Counted from the first letter of the stretch, positions 9,441 to 20,008 are shown. The stretch is 64,000 bases of DNA from an uncultured Candidatus Saccharibacteria bacterium (GCA_964510945.1 CAZEED010000002.1:144924-208923); one strand, 5' to 3'. Made by a program: numbers and translations. Notes: generated by a model from the letters alone, not told the origin.

Positions 9441-10094
9441 ATGAATGGTGTAATTTTAGTAGATAAGCCTAAGGGGTGGACGAGTTTTGATGTAGTGGCG
9501 AAAATTCGTGGTTTAATCAAGCAAACGACCGGACTAAAACGACCAAAAGTGGGGCATGCCGGTACTTTAGATCCGCTAGCAACTGGTTTATTGATAGTGT
9601 TGGTTGGCGATGAATGCAAGAATCAAGATAAATATATGAAGCTCGATAAAACCTACGAGGTGCAGTTAAAGTTGGGTGAAACCAGTACAACTGACGATGC
9701 CGAGGGTGAAATTAGCAAAATTAGCGATAAGATACCAACCAAAGAAGAGGGTATTAATACAATTGAAAGTTTTATTGGCGAAATAAAACAAGTCCCGCCA
9801 ATATATAGCGCCATAAAGGTGGATGGTAAAAGGGCCTATAAACTAGCCCGGGAGGGTAGCAAGCCAGAGATGAAGCCAAGACTTGTGACGATTCATTCGA
9901 TAACAAATATAGAGTACAAATATCCATATGTCAGTTTCACAACCTTTGTTAGTAGTGGCACTTACATTAGATCATTGGTGCGTGATATAGGCAAAGAATT
10001 AGGCGTGGGCGCTTATATGACAGCCCTACGCCGTACCCAGATTGGTAACAATTCAGTTGATAGCGCGCAATTAATAGACGAAAACGGTATATGA
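9441..10094 (+). CDS. truB: tRNA pseudouridine(55) synthase
   Basis: GVILVDKPKGWTSFDVV and HAGTLDPLATGLL (catalytic Asp motif). Confidence 0.93.
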   Translation: MNGVILVDKPKGWTSFDVVAKIRGLIKQTTGLKRPKVGHAGTLDPLATGLLIVLVGDECKNQDKYMKLDKTYEVQLKLGETSTTDDAEGEISKISDKIPTKEEGINTIESFIGEIKQVPPIYSAIKVDGKRAYKLAREGSKPEMKPRLVTIHSITNIEYKYPYVSFTTFVSSGTYIRSLVRDIGKELGVGAYMTALRRTQIGNNSVDSAQLIDENGI

Positions 10095-10141
10095 CAGAAT
10101 TAACAATTGACAAAACTCTTAAAGTATGCTAATATGATAGT

Positions 10142-10837
10142 ATGAATCCTACTAAACTACTAGATGCTATGACTGATTCAGAGTTAAGAGATATAGCAAC
10201 AACGTTACCGGATATATTTGAGAGAAGAGGTTTAGAGTTACCTGTATTGCTTGGAGCAACTGCAATCACTGAAAGAACAGGCCTAAAGCGAAATAAACGT
10301 TCTTGGGAACAAGGTGTTCCTTCCTGGGAGAGTAGTATTGATACGTTGCCAGACAAATTGCGAGAAACCGCTCAAGCAACAAGAACGGCTTTAGCAGATA
10401 AATATAAAAGACCGGTAACTGATTTTTCTTTAGTGACAACAAATATTAGTAATGGCGATAATGTGGAGGCTAAAACTGTTGTGGTTTTAAGCTCTACAAA
10501 TGGTATTGACCTAGCCAAAACGTCCGACACATATCATGATTTGCGAAAATGGAATCATGTAAACCCAGATATAGATAATCAAGATTTTATGGTGAAAGTT
10601 GAAGGCGTAGAAGCAGACGAGAGGCTCGGTCTTACCCTGGAAGTAATGCAAGTGTTAGCCACACATAATAATATAATTGATGAACGTATTTGGGAAACAG
10701 GGCGCCCCGATCTTTATACTCCCCCTATTGAAGCGCCAATTCTTTATGTTGGAAATGGACAGGTTACGAGAAGCGTTGATTTACCTGGACGTGATAATAT
10801 TGGCATTGTTTACCGACCGGCAGTTATAATAGAGTAA
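10142..10837 (+). CDS. Hypothetical protein (orphan)
   Basis: 231-aa ORF with no TM helix and no recognisable motif. Confidence 0.55.
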   Translation: MNPTKLLDAMTDSELRDIATTLPDIFERRGLELPVLLGATAITERTGLKRNKRSWEQGVPSWESSIDTLPDKLRETAQATRTALADKYKRPVTDFSLVTTNISNGDNVEAKTVVVLSSTNGIDLAKTSDTYHDLRKWNHVNPDIDNQDFMVKVEGVEADERLGLTLEVMQVLATHNNIIDERIWETGRPDLYTPPIEAPILYVGNGQVTRSVDLPGRDNIGIVYRPAVIIE

Positions 10838-10919
10838 TTCAATTTTTCTTGCTAGCACAATGATTTTATCCAGCCGTACATCATTAATAACTTATGAACA
10901 CAAAAAATATTCTTACCCC

Positions 10920-10948
10920 TTGATAAAAGAAGTTAACAATGTTAATAT
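10920..10948 (+). promoter_or_regulatory. Sigma70-type promoter of rpsO (TTGATA-17-TAATAT)
   Basis: TTGATA at 10920-10925, a 17-nt spacer, then TAATAT at 10943-10948. The rpsO ATG at 10958 is only ~10 nt downstream and has no SD. Confidence 0.5.
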
Positions 10949-10957
10949 GGACAGCGA

Positions 10958-11224
10958 ATGATTACAAAAGAAAAGAAGCAGAAGGTGATTTCAGATCTAG
11001 CAAAGAGTAAGACCGACACGGGCAGTAGCGCCGTGCAGGTTGGTATTTTGACAGAGAGAATCAACGAGATTACCGATCATTTAAAGACTAATAAAAAAGA
11101 TCACATGGCTCGACGTGGTTTGCTTCAGATGGTGGGTAAACGAAAACGACTTTTAGCATATATCGCAAAACAGGACTCTAATGAGTACTTAGCACTTATA
11201 AAAAAACTCGGCCTTCGTCGCTAA
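10958..11224 (+). CDS. rpsO: 30S ribosomal protein S15
   Basis: GSSAVQVGILTERINEITDHLKTNKKDHMARRGLLQMVGKRKRLLAY is canonical S15. Confidence 0.95.
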   Translation: MITKEKKQKVISDLAKSKTDTGSSAVQVGILTERINEITDHLKTNKKDHMARRGLLQMVGKRKRLLAYIAKQDSNEYLALIKKLGLRR

Positions 11225-11386
11225 TTTGCATAGACTATAATCTCGAATTTCGAGACAAGCTTGTGCACATTAAAACTATAAAAAGGGTTTCACTATAGTG
11301 CAGCAGTTATGGGTTAAAATCGCACAAGATCACCATATATGCACACTGTAGTGAAGCAAAATCCGAAAGGATAACGAAAGGAAATT

Positions 11387-13516
11387 ATGGGACAAACTAT
11401 AAACCCATTTAAAAAAGACATTATTAAAGTAGAGACAGACTTTTGCGGTAAGAAGCTGAGTTTAGAGATAAATCGCGTGGGCTTTAGGGCTTCTGCATCA
11501 GTCATTGCCAGATATGGCGATACGGTTGTGCTGGGTACAGCCATGGTTGGTAATCGCGAGCTAAAAGGTTTTGATTATTTTCCGCTAAGTATTGATTACG
11601 AAGAAAAAATGTACGCGGCTGGAAAAATTAGCGGATCACGCTTTATTAAACGCGAGGGTCGACCAAGCGACGATGCAATACTAATTGGCCGTTTGATTGA
11701 TCGACCGATTAGACCACTATGGCCAAAAGGCTATCGTCACGAAGCGCAAGGTGTTGCTAGTGTGTTGAGTATGGACCCTGATTTTCGTCCTGATGCAATC
11801 GCAATGATTGCTGTAAGTACGGCTTTTATGCTGACTGGTGCTCCGTTTGAGGGGCCTGTAGCAGGTGTTAGGGTTGGAATTGATAATAACGGCGACTTTA
11901 CGACATTTGGCACTGCAACAGAATTAAACGAAGGTAAGTTAGATTTGTTTGTAGCCGGTACTGATAAGGCAATCATGATGGTTGAGGCTGGCGCTAATGA
12001 AGTCAGTGAGACCGAAGTAACAAAAGCCTTGCAGTTTGCCTTTGACGCTATGCAACCAGCCATTGAGATACAAAAAGAACTAGTTAAAAAAGTTGGCGTA
12101 ACTGATCAGGAATATTCTTTGAGTCTACCTAGTGAAGATATCCAAAAAGAGGTAAATGCCTATCTTGACGGAAAGATGGGTGAAAAGATCAGGACTGATT
12201 ATCCAACCAGACACGAAAAGATGCATGAACTTCGTGAAGCAATGTTGGCTCATTTTGAAGAAAAATTAGGTGACGAATTTGATGAAGTAAAAAGTGATTA
12301 CGAAGAAGCTTTTGCTAGCGCAGCTAATAAAGATGTTAGAAAAGGAATCTTACAGGATGGTTTAAGACCTGATGGTCGTGGTTTTGAGGATATACGGCAA
12401 CTTTCTAGTGAAGTAGGATTTTTACCACGAGCACACGGTTCGAGTTTGTTTACTAGGGGTCTGACACAAGGTATGAACATCGTGACACTCGCACCTCTTA
12501 GTTATTCGCAGATTGTCGATACCATGGAATTTGATAAACAACGGCGTTATTTACACCATTACAATGCACCAGGTTATACAATCGGTGAAGTTAAGAGATT
12601 GATGGGTCCTGGGCGTCGAGAAATTGGCCACGGTTATCTTGCAGAGCGAGCATTGCTACCAGTAATCCCTAGCGAGGAAGAATTCCCATACACTATTCGG
12701 ACTGTAACAGAGATTATGAGCCAACATGGAAGTACTAGTATGGCGGCGACTTGTTCTAGCTGTCTAGCACTAATGGACGCGGGCGTACCAATCAAGAATC
12801 CTGTAAGCGGTATCGCTATGGGACTAATGAAAGAAGACGATAAAGTTGTGATATTAAGTGATATTGCTGATGCCGAAGATTTTGCTGGCGATATGGACTT
12901 TAAGGTAACTGGTACAAAGAACGGAATTACAGCGTTACAGATGGATATGAAAGTACATGGGCTAGGTATTGACGTACTGAGTAAAGCTTTAGAACAGGGC
13001 AAAGTTGGACGCGCCAAGATTCTTGAGCATATGTTGACGACGATTGCCGAGCCTCGTAAAGAGCTAAGTCCACACGCACCACGTATAGATACGATTACGA
13101 TTAATCCAGAACGTATTCGTGATGTGATCGGTAAGGGCGGAGAGACTATCAATAAAATTATTGCTGAAACCGGTGCTGAAATCGACATCAAGGACGACGG
13201 CACAGTCATGATTTCTTCAAGTGACTCAGAGTCGCGAGAAAAAGCAGTGCAGTGGGTTAAGGTATTGACCGAGGATCCTGAAGTCGGAAAGATCTATAAA
13301 GATTGTCGCGTGGTCAGTATTCTAGATTTTGGAATCTTCGTCGAGATTCTACCGGGTCGTGAAGGTCTAGTGCATGTAAGTGAATTGAGTGAAAAACGAG
13401 TAGAAAAAGTCGCTGACTTCATCAAAGAAGGTGAAAAAGTCACTGTTAAATTAGTCGCTATCGACGAAAAAGGCCGACTAAATCTAAGCATCAAGGCTGC
13501 AAAAAAGGAAGGGTAG
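11387..13516 (+). CDS. pnp: Polyribonucleotide nucleotidyltransferase (PNPase)
   Basis: Two RNase PH domains, then KH (IRDVIGKGGETINKI) and S1 (GIFVEILPGREGLVHVSEL) domains. Classic rpsO-pnp order. Confidence 0.97.
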   Translation: MGQTINPFKKDIIKVETDFCGKKLSLEINRVGFRASASVIARYGDTVVLGTAMVGNRELKGFDYFPLSIDYEEKMYAAGKISGSRFIKREGRPSDDAILIGRLIDRPIRPLWPKGYRHEAQGVASVLSMDPDFRPDAIAMIAVSTAFMLTGAPFEGPVAGVRVGIDNNGDFTTFGTATELNEGKLDLFVAGTDKAIMMVEAGANEVSETEVTKALQFAFDAMQPAIEIQKELVKKVGVTDQEYSLSLPSEDIQKEVNAYLDGKMGEKIRTDYPTRHEKMHELREAMLAHFEEKLGDEFDEVKSDYEEAFASAANKDVRKGILQDGLRPDGRGFEDIRQLSSEVGFLPRAHGSSLFTRGLTQGMNIVTLAPLSYSQIVDTMEFDKQRRYLHHYNAPGYTIGEVKRLMGPGRREIGHGYLAERALLPVIPSEEEFPYTIRTVTEIMSQHGSTSMAATCSSCLALMDAGVPIKNPVSGIAMGLMKEDDKVVILSDIADAEDFAGDMDFKVTGTKNGITALQMDMKVHGLGIDVLSKALEQGKVGRAKILEHMLTTIAEPRKELSPHAPRIDTITINPERIRDVIGKGGETINKIIAETGAEIDIKDDGTVMISSSDSESREKAVQWVKVLTEDPEVGKIYKDCRVVSILDFGIFVEILPGREGLVHVSELSEKRVEKVADFIKEGEKVTVKLVAIDEKGRLNLSIKAAKKEG

Positions 13517-13528
13517 ACACTACGACTA

Positions 13529-13747
13529 ATGGCTAGTAAAAATAAAAGATTTAATTCAGACCAATTCCGCACCCCGCAGGCTTATCTGGCTACCGGACTT
13601 GTTATGTGGCTTATTGGGTACGTATTATTTTTACTAGCTACAGATTCTGCCAGTTCTTTGCAGTGGATTGGTTTTTTTGTGGCGGTCGTGTGGGGTGCGA
13701 TTAGAATATGCCAATCAGCAATCTTCTTCTTTCAAAAGAAAAAATAG
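13529..13747 (+). CDS. Small membrane protein (2 TM helices)
   Basis: 72 aa with two hydrophobic helices (LATGLVMWLIGYVLFLL and WIGFFVAVVWGAI). Confidence 0.45.
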   Translation: MASKNKRFNSDQFRTPQAYLATGLVMWLIGYVLFLLATDSASSLQWIGFFVAVVWGAIRICQSAIFFFQKKK

Positions 13748-13749
13748 TT

Positions 13750-14349
13750 ATGACAAATTCAAAAAAACTAGAGATTATCAATCAAAAACTACTGAGTAGT
13801 AGAATTTGTGGTGACCTTGCCGCTACTGCGACACAATTAGTTTTTGGGCATGGTAACCCGCGCGCAAAAATTGTGTTTATTGGCGAAGCACCGGGTAAAA
13901 ACGAGGATCAAAAAGGGCGTCCATTTATTGGTGCGGCAGGTAAATTTTTAGACGAAATGCTCGAGAGTATCGGGCTTTCTAGAGAAGAAGTCTATATAAC
14001 TAATATCGTTAAATACCGGCCGCCAAACAACCGTGATCCTCTGCCAAGTGAAAAAGAGCAATTTTTACCTTATTTGTTGGAAGAGCTAGAAGCAATTAAG
14101 CCAGTTATTGTGGTGACACTTGGTCGTCATAGTATGAATTGCTTCTTGCCGGAAGAACAAATTGGTAAAATACATGGCCAAGTAATCAAAAAGTCAGGAT
14201 ACACTTTTGTCCCGCTTTATCACCCGGCAGCCGCGTTATATAACGGGTCTATGCGTCAAGTGTTAATCGAGGATTTTAACAAAATCCCAGATATTTTAGA
14301 AAATTTTTATTCAACAAGAAAAGATAATAAGGAGAAAATTAAAATATGA
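13750..14349 (+). CDS. Uracil-DNA glycosylase, family 4
   Basis: GHGNPRAKIVFIGEAPGKNEDQKGRPFIGAAGKFLDEML is the family-4 UDG motif. The start is placed at the internal ATG at 13750, after the upstream gene's stop. Confidence 0.85.
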   Translation: MTNSKKLEIINQKLLSSRICGDLAATATQLVFGHGNPRAKIVFIGEAPGKNEDQKGRPFIGAAGKFLDEMLESIGLSREEVYITNIVKYRPPNNRDPLPSEKEQFLPYLLEELEAIKPVIVVTLGRHSMNCFLPEEQIGKIHGQVIKKSGYTFVPLYHPAAALYNGSMRQVLIEDFNKIPDILENFYSTRKDNKEKIKI

Positions 14350-16412
14350 ATAACAAACCAAATCCCAACAAGGGTAATAATCGTCCACCAAGTAGTGGAC
14401 AAAAAAATAACGGTATGAATACATCCCGTGGAGCAGCTATTCGTGCCCAAAAAAGATCGCATGAGGATGCCAGAAAGATCGCTGAACAATACAGCGCCGT
14501 AGGTGATAATCAGCCAAAAAAACGAGCTAATTTAGTTACAGACGACTTCGAGAAAGTTAAAATCTCGTTTCTTGGAGGCTTAGAAGACGTCGGAGAAAAA
14601 AACACAGCAGTTATTGAATACCAAAATAGTGCAATAGTGCTAGATTGTGGAGTTAACCTTGGGGTAGATCTACCTGGGATTAATTACGAAATTGCCGACC
14701 CTACTTATATTGCTCAGATAAAACACAAAATCAAGGCTTACGTTATTACTCATGGACACCTTGATCATATTGGTGGATTGAAACATATTGTTCCACGTTT
14801 TCCGGCGCCAATTTATGGATCACAGTTTACGGTAGGAATTGTTGAAAAAACCTTTGAAGAGCTTCCCCCTGGTGTTGACCCAAGTTATAAGCCCGAGACT
14901 GTGACTATGAGTATGGATAATCACGAAAAACTGAAGATTGGTCCATTTTTTATCGAACTTATCCGGGTAACACACGCAATCCCAGATTCAACAGCGGTGT
15001 GTATTGATACACCAGTCGGTAGGATATTAGCAACTGGGGATTATCGACTAGACCCAGAACCGCTTGATAAGATGCCATCCGATGTCTCACGCCTCCAAGA
15101 AATTGGAAGAGAAGGAGTTATGCTGATGTTGGCTGAAAGTAGCTATGCTGACGTTGAAGGACGCACACCAACAGAGCATACGTTAGAGAAAAGCTTTAAG
15201 GATGTAATTTCTCAGGCTAATGGTCGAATATTTTGCGCAGTTTTTTCTAGTAACATGAATCGTATTCAGATGATTATTAATTCGGCCGTGGAAAACGGCA
15301 GGCGAGTAGCCCTTGATGGTCGTAGCATGATGGCCTATGCCGAGATTGCTGTTAGACAAGGTATTCTAAAAGTTCCTAAAGGTACATTAATGGCTATGCG
15401 TGAAGCAGCTAACTTGCCCGATGAACAGCTTTTAGTAATGTGTACTGGTGGACAGGGCGAGCCAAACGCAGCCTTGCAACGTATGAGTGAAGGACTTCAT
15501 AATCACATTAAACTAAAAGCCGGCGATACAGTTTTGATTAGCTCGTCACCTATTCCTGGTAACGAAATTCGATATGACCAAATCGGCAATAATCTAGCAA
15601 GTTTGGGCGTAAAACAGTATCGGCACCCAACGCACGAGGTTGATGGCTGTGGTCCATTGCATGTTTCTGGTCACGCTAGACGCGATGAGATGAGGGATAT
15701 GTTAAAGATGGTTAATCCAAAGTATTTAATACCGGTTCATGGTGGAATGTTACGCAGAAGGTATCAGGCTGATCTTGCCGTCGAGGAGGGCATGAATCGA
15801 AATAATGCCATGCTTGGATATAACGGCGCAAGTTTCTTGCTCGGTAAAGACAAGTTAGAAAAGATTGAAGATGTCCCAGCCGGTAGCTTACTAGTTGATC
15901 AGACAGGGGCAATTATTAGTAATATTGTGGTTAAAGATCGTATTATGTTGTCCGAAGAAGGCTTAGTTACAGTAGTATTGACCATTGACCGAAAGACTGG
16001 GGCGTTAATGACTAGCCCAGATATTATTACTCGCGGGTTTATATATATTCGTGATAACGAAGAAATTATGAGTGGGCTGAGAACAGAACTAAAAAGGGCA
16101 GTCATGCAAAGGTTCAAACGCATTGATCTCGAGCGTTTTAAGGCCGAGCTTAAAGATCATGTTACTCATTATTTGTACGATCAGACTCAGAGAGCGCCGA
16201 TTGTTATACCGGTAGTTAATGTTGTTGGTGGTGGTTCTTCAAAACAAGGTAGCCAAAAAATAACGCAAAGTCCAACAAAAACTACTCCAGCTAACGCAAA
16301 GTCAGAAGTTACTGAAAAGCCAAAAACTGATATGGATATGGCTGTAGAACAACAGGAGCGTTTTGCCGAGATGCGCAAGCAGTTACTAAACCAAAAAACC
16401 TACGGTGATTAG
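14346..16412 (+). CDS. rnj: Ribonuclease J
   Basis: ATGA overlap with the UDG gene. Metallo-beta-lactamase motif ITHGHLDHIGG plus beta-CASP and C-terminal domains. Basic, disordered N-terminal ~60 aa. Confidence 0.92.
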   Translation: MNNKPNPNKGNNRPPSSGQKNNGMNTSRGAAIRAQKRSHEDARKIAEQYSAVGDNQPKKRANLVTDDFEKVKISFLGGLEDVGEKNTAVIEYQNSAIVLDCGVNLGVDLPGINYEIADPTYIAQIKHKIKAYVITHGHLDHIGGLKHIVPRFPAPIYGSQFTVGIVEKTFEELPPGVDPSYKPETVTMSMDNHEKLKIGPFFIELIRVTHAIPDSTAVCIDTPVGRILATGDYRLDPEPLDKMPSDVSRLQEIGREGVMLMLAESSYADVEGRTPTEHTLEKSFKDVISQANGRIFCAVFSSNMNRIQMIINSAVENGRRVALDGRSMMAYAEIAVRQGILKVPKGTLMAMREAANLPDEQLLVMCTGGQGEPNAALQRMSEGLHNHIKLKAGDTVLISSSPIPGNEIRYDQIGNNLASLGVKQYRHPTHEVDGCGPLHVSGHARRDEMRDMLKMVNPKYLIPVHGGMLRRRYQADLAVEEGMNRNNAMLGYNGASFLLGKDKLEKIEDVPAGSLLVDQTGAIISNIVVKDRIMLSEEGLVTVVLTIDRKTGALMTSPDIITRGFIYIRDNEEIMSGLRTELKRAVMQRFKRIDLERFKAELKDHVTHYLYDQTQRAPIVIPVVNVVGGGSSKQGSQKITQSPTKTTPANAKSEVTEKPKTDMDMAVEQQERFAEMRKQLLNQKTYGD

Positions 16413-16517
16413 ATAGCATTAGCACATTGACTAAAGTTGTAAAAACTGCTACAATAACTAGAGTGAATTATATACTCGACAACAGATATGTAAACTTCTT
16501 ATAATAAGTACAAAGCT

Positions 16518-18716
16518 ATGGCTAAAAAAAGAAAACAAACACGCAAGAAAAAGAATCAACAGCCAGAGGAACAGTCTAATTTTTGGCAGTTATCTGGTGC
16601 TGTAGTAATGATATTACTGGGGTTATTCTTGTTACTCGGTGGTTTCGGGGCTGGCGGGCCGTTGCCGGTGAATATGTTCAGCGGTGTCTATTGGGCTCTC
16701 GGTTGGGCTGCATACATCGCACCATTTTTGCTAGCTTATCTAGGAGCTTTAAAATTTATTAGCGAAGATAAGCAAATTCCGCTAGAAAAGTTTGCTTCAA
16801 GTATTGGTATTTTAGTTTTTAGTTCTAGCTGGTTTTATACAGCCTTTGTGACAATAAGTGATACCGGTGATTATAGCGGTGGTCACGGTGGCTCTGTTGG
16901 CGAGTTAATCGGTGGAGCCTCGCTTAACCTAATATCCAAGTTTCCGGCTTCGATAATGTTTTTTGTACTATCAGGCCTAGCGGTGTTTTTGACTTTTAAC
17001 ATTTCTCCACAAGTAATATTGAAGCTCGGCAATATATTTAAACAAAAAGATAATGGCGATGTTGATTTGGCAAAACTAAAAGGTGACGAGCAGAAAGAAT
17101 TTCAACTCAACGAAGGAGTGCCAGTCGAACATCGTGGCGCAAAACTCTCTTCGCTTAAAAACACTGCCCAAAAATTAACACCGAACGAAAATCACGAAGC
17201 CCTAACGGCCAAAAGTGATCCAACTTGGAAGTTTCCGGGCCTTGAGCTATTAAATCAAAAACAGGATAAAGCTGATGCTGGTGATGTCGAGGGTAATGCC
17301 AAGCAAATAAAAGAGAGCCTGGGCAATTTTAATATCGACGCTACTATGGAAGGTGCGAATATTGGTCCTCGTGTTACACAGTACACGCTTCGACCTCCCA
17401 ACGGTGTTAAATTAACCAAGATTAAAGCCTTAGAAGATAACTTGGCATTAGACCTTGCTGCGCAGACGATTAGAATTGAGGCTCCTATACCCGGCAAAAG
17501 AGCCGTTGGAATCGAAGTCCCTAACGTCAAACAAGCTCACGTGAGGGTTAGCAGTATTTTGCAAACGAACGAATGGCAAAATCGTAAAGGTAATCTAAAT
17601 ATCGCCGTCGGTAAAGATATATCTGGTGCACCTGTAATTGATGATTTGGATAAAATGCCACACATTCTGGTTGCAGGACAGACTGGCTCTGGTAAATCCG
17701 TAATGATTAACACTATTTTGACTAGTCTACTCTATAGAAATACGCCAAGTGATCTTAAGTTAATAATGGTCGACCCGAAACAAGTTGAGCTAAAGCCTTA
17801 TGATGGGATACCTCATTTATTGACGCCTGTCATTACCGAACCCGAGAAATGTATAAGCGCGCTTAAATGGACAGTTGCAGAGATGGAGAGACGCTATAAA
17901 GCGCTATCAGAAGTCCATAAACGTAATATCTTGGAATATAACGAACTAAAAAAAGAAGAGGGTATGCCCTACATCGTTATTGTCATTGATGAGCTTGCAG
18001 ATTTGATGATGATGGCGGCACGGGATGTTGAAGCCTTGATTGTTAGAATTGCTCAAAAAGCCCGAGCCGTGGGAATCCACTTGATCCTAGCTACTCAGCG
18101 TCCAAGTGTTGACGTTATAACTGGCCTGATTAAGGCCAATATCCCAGCGCGCGTGGCATTTACGACAGCAAGTCAGGTTGATTCGCGGACTATTATTGAT
18201 CAGATGGGAGCTGAAAAACTACTTGGCAGAGGCGACATGTTATACCAGACTGCCGAGATGCCAAAGCCAAAACGTATTCAAGGCGCATTAATTACTGATG
18301 AAGAAACAAACAAGATTACAGATTTCATCAGGGCACAAAGAGCACCTAATTATGATGACGAAGTTGTTAGTCAACCAGTCCAATTAAATGGCCGAGGTGG
18401 CGTGGTAGCTGATTATGGTGCCAATGATGCCGATGATGATATGTGGAAGGACGCTATCCAAGTTGTAGTTGATGGAAAAAAAGCGAGTACTAGTTTACTC
18501 CAACGTCGTCTTCGTATCGGTTATGCGCGGGCGGCTAGGCTAATGGAAAGCATGGAAGAGCAGGGGATAATTGGCCCAGCCGATGGTTCTAGACCACGCG
18601 ACGTACTAATTAGTTCTGTCGACGAGGTATTTGGCGATACACATGCTAGCGATGATTCTTTGCAGGCGGATATTAGTGATACTGATTCCAAGCAAGAAGA
18701 TTTGACCGACGTATAG
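16518..18716 (+). CDS. ftsK: DNA translocase FtsK/SpoIIIE
   Basis: N-terminal TM helices, Walker A GQTGSGKSV, IVIDELADLMM, and a C-terminal gamma wHTH (STSLLQRRLRIGYARAARLMESMEEQGIIG). Confidence 0.93.
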   Translation: MAKKRKQTRKKKNQQPEEQSNFWQLSGAVVMILLGLFLLLGGFGAGGPLPVNMFSGVYWALGWAAYIAPFLLAYLGALKFISEDKQIPLEKFASSIGILVFSSSWFYTAFVTISDTGDYSGGHGGSVGELIGGASLNLISKFPASIMFFVLSGLAVFLTFNISPQVILKLGNIFKQKDNGDVDLAKLKGDEQKEFQLNEGVPVEHRGAKLSSLKNTAQKLTPNENHEALTAKSDPTWKFPGLELLNQKQDKADAGDVEGNAKQIKESLGNFNIDATMEGANIGPRVTQYTLRPPNGVKLTKIKALEDNLALDLAAQTIRIEAPIPGKRAVGIEVPNVKQAHVRVSSILQTNEWQNRKGNLNIAVGKDISGAPVIDDLDKMPHILVAGQTGSGKSVMINTILTSLLYRNTPSDLKLIMVDPKQVELKPYDGIPHLLTPVITEPEKCISALKWTVAEMERRYKALSEVHKRNILEYNELKKEEGMPYIVIVIDELADLMMMAARDVEALIVRIAQKARAVGIHLILATQRPSVDVITGLIKANIPARVAFTTASQVDSRTIIDQMGAEKLLGRGDMLYQTAEMPKPKRIQGALITDEETNKITDFIRAQRAPNYDDEVVSQPVQLNGRGGVVADYGANDADDDMWKDAIQVVVDGKKASTSLLQRRLRIGYARAARLMESMEEQGIIGPADGSRPRDVLISSVDEVFGDTHASDDSLQADISDTDSKQEDLTDV

Positions 18717-18807
18717 ATATAATGGTATAGTTGTATCTGTTAATAAAACTTCAGCTTGTTGATTCTTGAGGAGAACAGGCTAAAACCAAAGGAAGGAGAT
18801 AAATTAA

Positions 18808-19194
18808 GTGCAAGATTACGAAATAGCAGTGCTATATGATCCAGGTTTAGAGGTAGACCTGACTAAATCTGAGGACAGATTTAAAAAAATAATTACCGAC
18901 AATAAGGGCAAAATTAAAGATACCGATAACTGGGGTAAACGAAAATTAGCCTACCCAATTGCTAAAAACGAACATGCTATATATGTTTATTATACGGTCG
19001 AGTTAGAGCCAGCTTCTCTCGGTAAAATTGAGAGTACGTTAAATATCACTAACGAGATTATTCGGTATTTAATTGTAAAAATTGACCATAAAGAATTAGC
19101 CAAAGCAGAACTAGCTAGAAAAACACTAGCAGAGAAAGCAAAAAAATCTAAGAGCTCTGACGAGACCAAGTCGGACGACGAAGCAGAGGAGTAG
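18808..19194 (+). CDS. rpsF: 30S ribosomal protein S6
   Basis: GTG start after GGAAGGAG. YEIAVLYDP...WGKRKLAYPI is canonical S6, with an acidic tail. Confidence 0.93.
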   Translation: MQDYEIAVLYDPGLEVDLTKSEDRFKKIITDNKGKIKDTDNWGKRKLAYPIAKNEHAIYVYYTVELEPASLGKIESTLNITNEIIRYLIVKIDHKELAKAELARKTLAEKAKKSKSSDETKSDDEAEE

Positions 19195-19199
19195 ACAAA

Positions 19200-19667
19200 A
19201 TGGCACGAAGCGTAAACCAAGTAACACTGATGGGTAACCTTACTCGCGACCCAGAACTACGCCAAACACCTAATGGACAGAGCGTTTGTAGCTTTAGCCT
19301 AGCTCTAAATCGAAGCTACAAAGGTAGTAATGGCGAGTGGCAAGAGGCTACAGATTACGTTGACATTGTGGCGTGGGCAAATTTAGGAGAGAGAGTTGCA
19401 CAGTACCTTACTAAAGGCCGACGATGCCTAGTTATCGGACGTTTGCAGAGTAGCTCGTGGGAACAAGAAGGCAAAAAACGAAGTAAAGTTGAAGTTATCG
19501 CCAACGACGTGACTTTCCTTGATAGTCGTGGTGCAGATAGTAGTGGTAATGAAACTGGTTCTAGCGATAGTCCAGCCAGTGAAAAACCATCCAGCAAGCC
19601 AGCAAAAGACGAAGTAGTCGAAGACGTCGATGATGAACCAATTAATCTAGACGATATCCCATTTTAA
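19200..19667 (+). CDS. ssb: Single-stranded DNA-binding protein
   Basis: OB fold NQVTLMGNLTRDPELRQTPNG and a C-terminal acidic tip DDIPF. Confidence 0.95.
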   Translation: MARSVNQVTLMGNLTRDPELRQTPNGQSVCSFSLALNRSYKGSNGEWQEATDYVDIVAWANLGERVAQYLTKGRRCLVIGRLQSSSWEQEGKKRSKVEVIANDVTFLDSRGADSSGNETGSSDSPASEKPSSKPAKDEVVEDVDDEPINLDDIPF

Positions 19668-19794
19668 AAAGAAATTAACGATAATGAAAGGAGTAGGGGT
19701 TTAAAGGAAAAAGAGCAGACCGATGAAACGATTCATTCGTTTCCCGGTGTGAAGAGAAAAAACGTAGTTTTGTCTCATAAGCCCCGCGAAAAAA

Positions 19795-19998
19795 ATGGCA
19801 AAAATATTTAGAAAACGAGATGAAGTACCATTTTTTGATTACAAGGATTTTAAATCTTTGCAACGCTACGTAAATGTGTACGGCCAGATAGAATCACGAA
19901 AAAAGACTGGCCTAACAGAGAGTCAACAACGTCATCTATCACGTGCCATAAAACGCGCACGACATTTAGCATTGCTACCATTCGTAGCAAATAACTAG
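19795..19998 (+). CDS. rpsR: 30S ribosomal protein S18
   Basis: YKDFKSLQRYVNVYGQIESRKKTGLTESQQRHLSRAIKRARHLALLPF. rpsF-ssb-rpsR gene order. Confidence 0.93.
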   Translation: MAKIFRKRDEVPFFDYKDFKSLQRYVNVYGQIESRKKTGLTESQQRHLSRAIKRARHLALLPFVANN

Positions 19999-20008
19999 GA
20001 GACAACCA

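Noticed and set aside
19668-19794. The 127-nt ssb-rpsR spacer with the hairpin GAAACGA-ttcat-TCGTTTC, considered as a possible S6:S18 regulatory leader.
   Set aside because: It has a single 7-bp hairpin with no U tract. I can see no resemblance to the known S6:S18-binding motif, which normally precedes rpsF. The evidence is insufficient.
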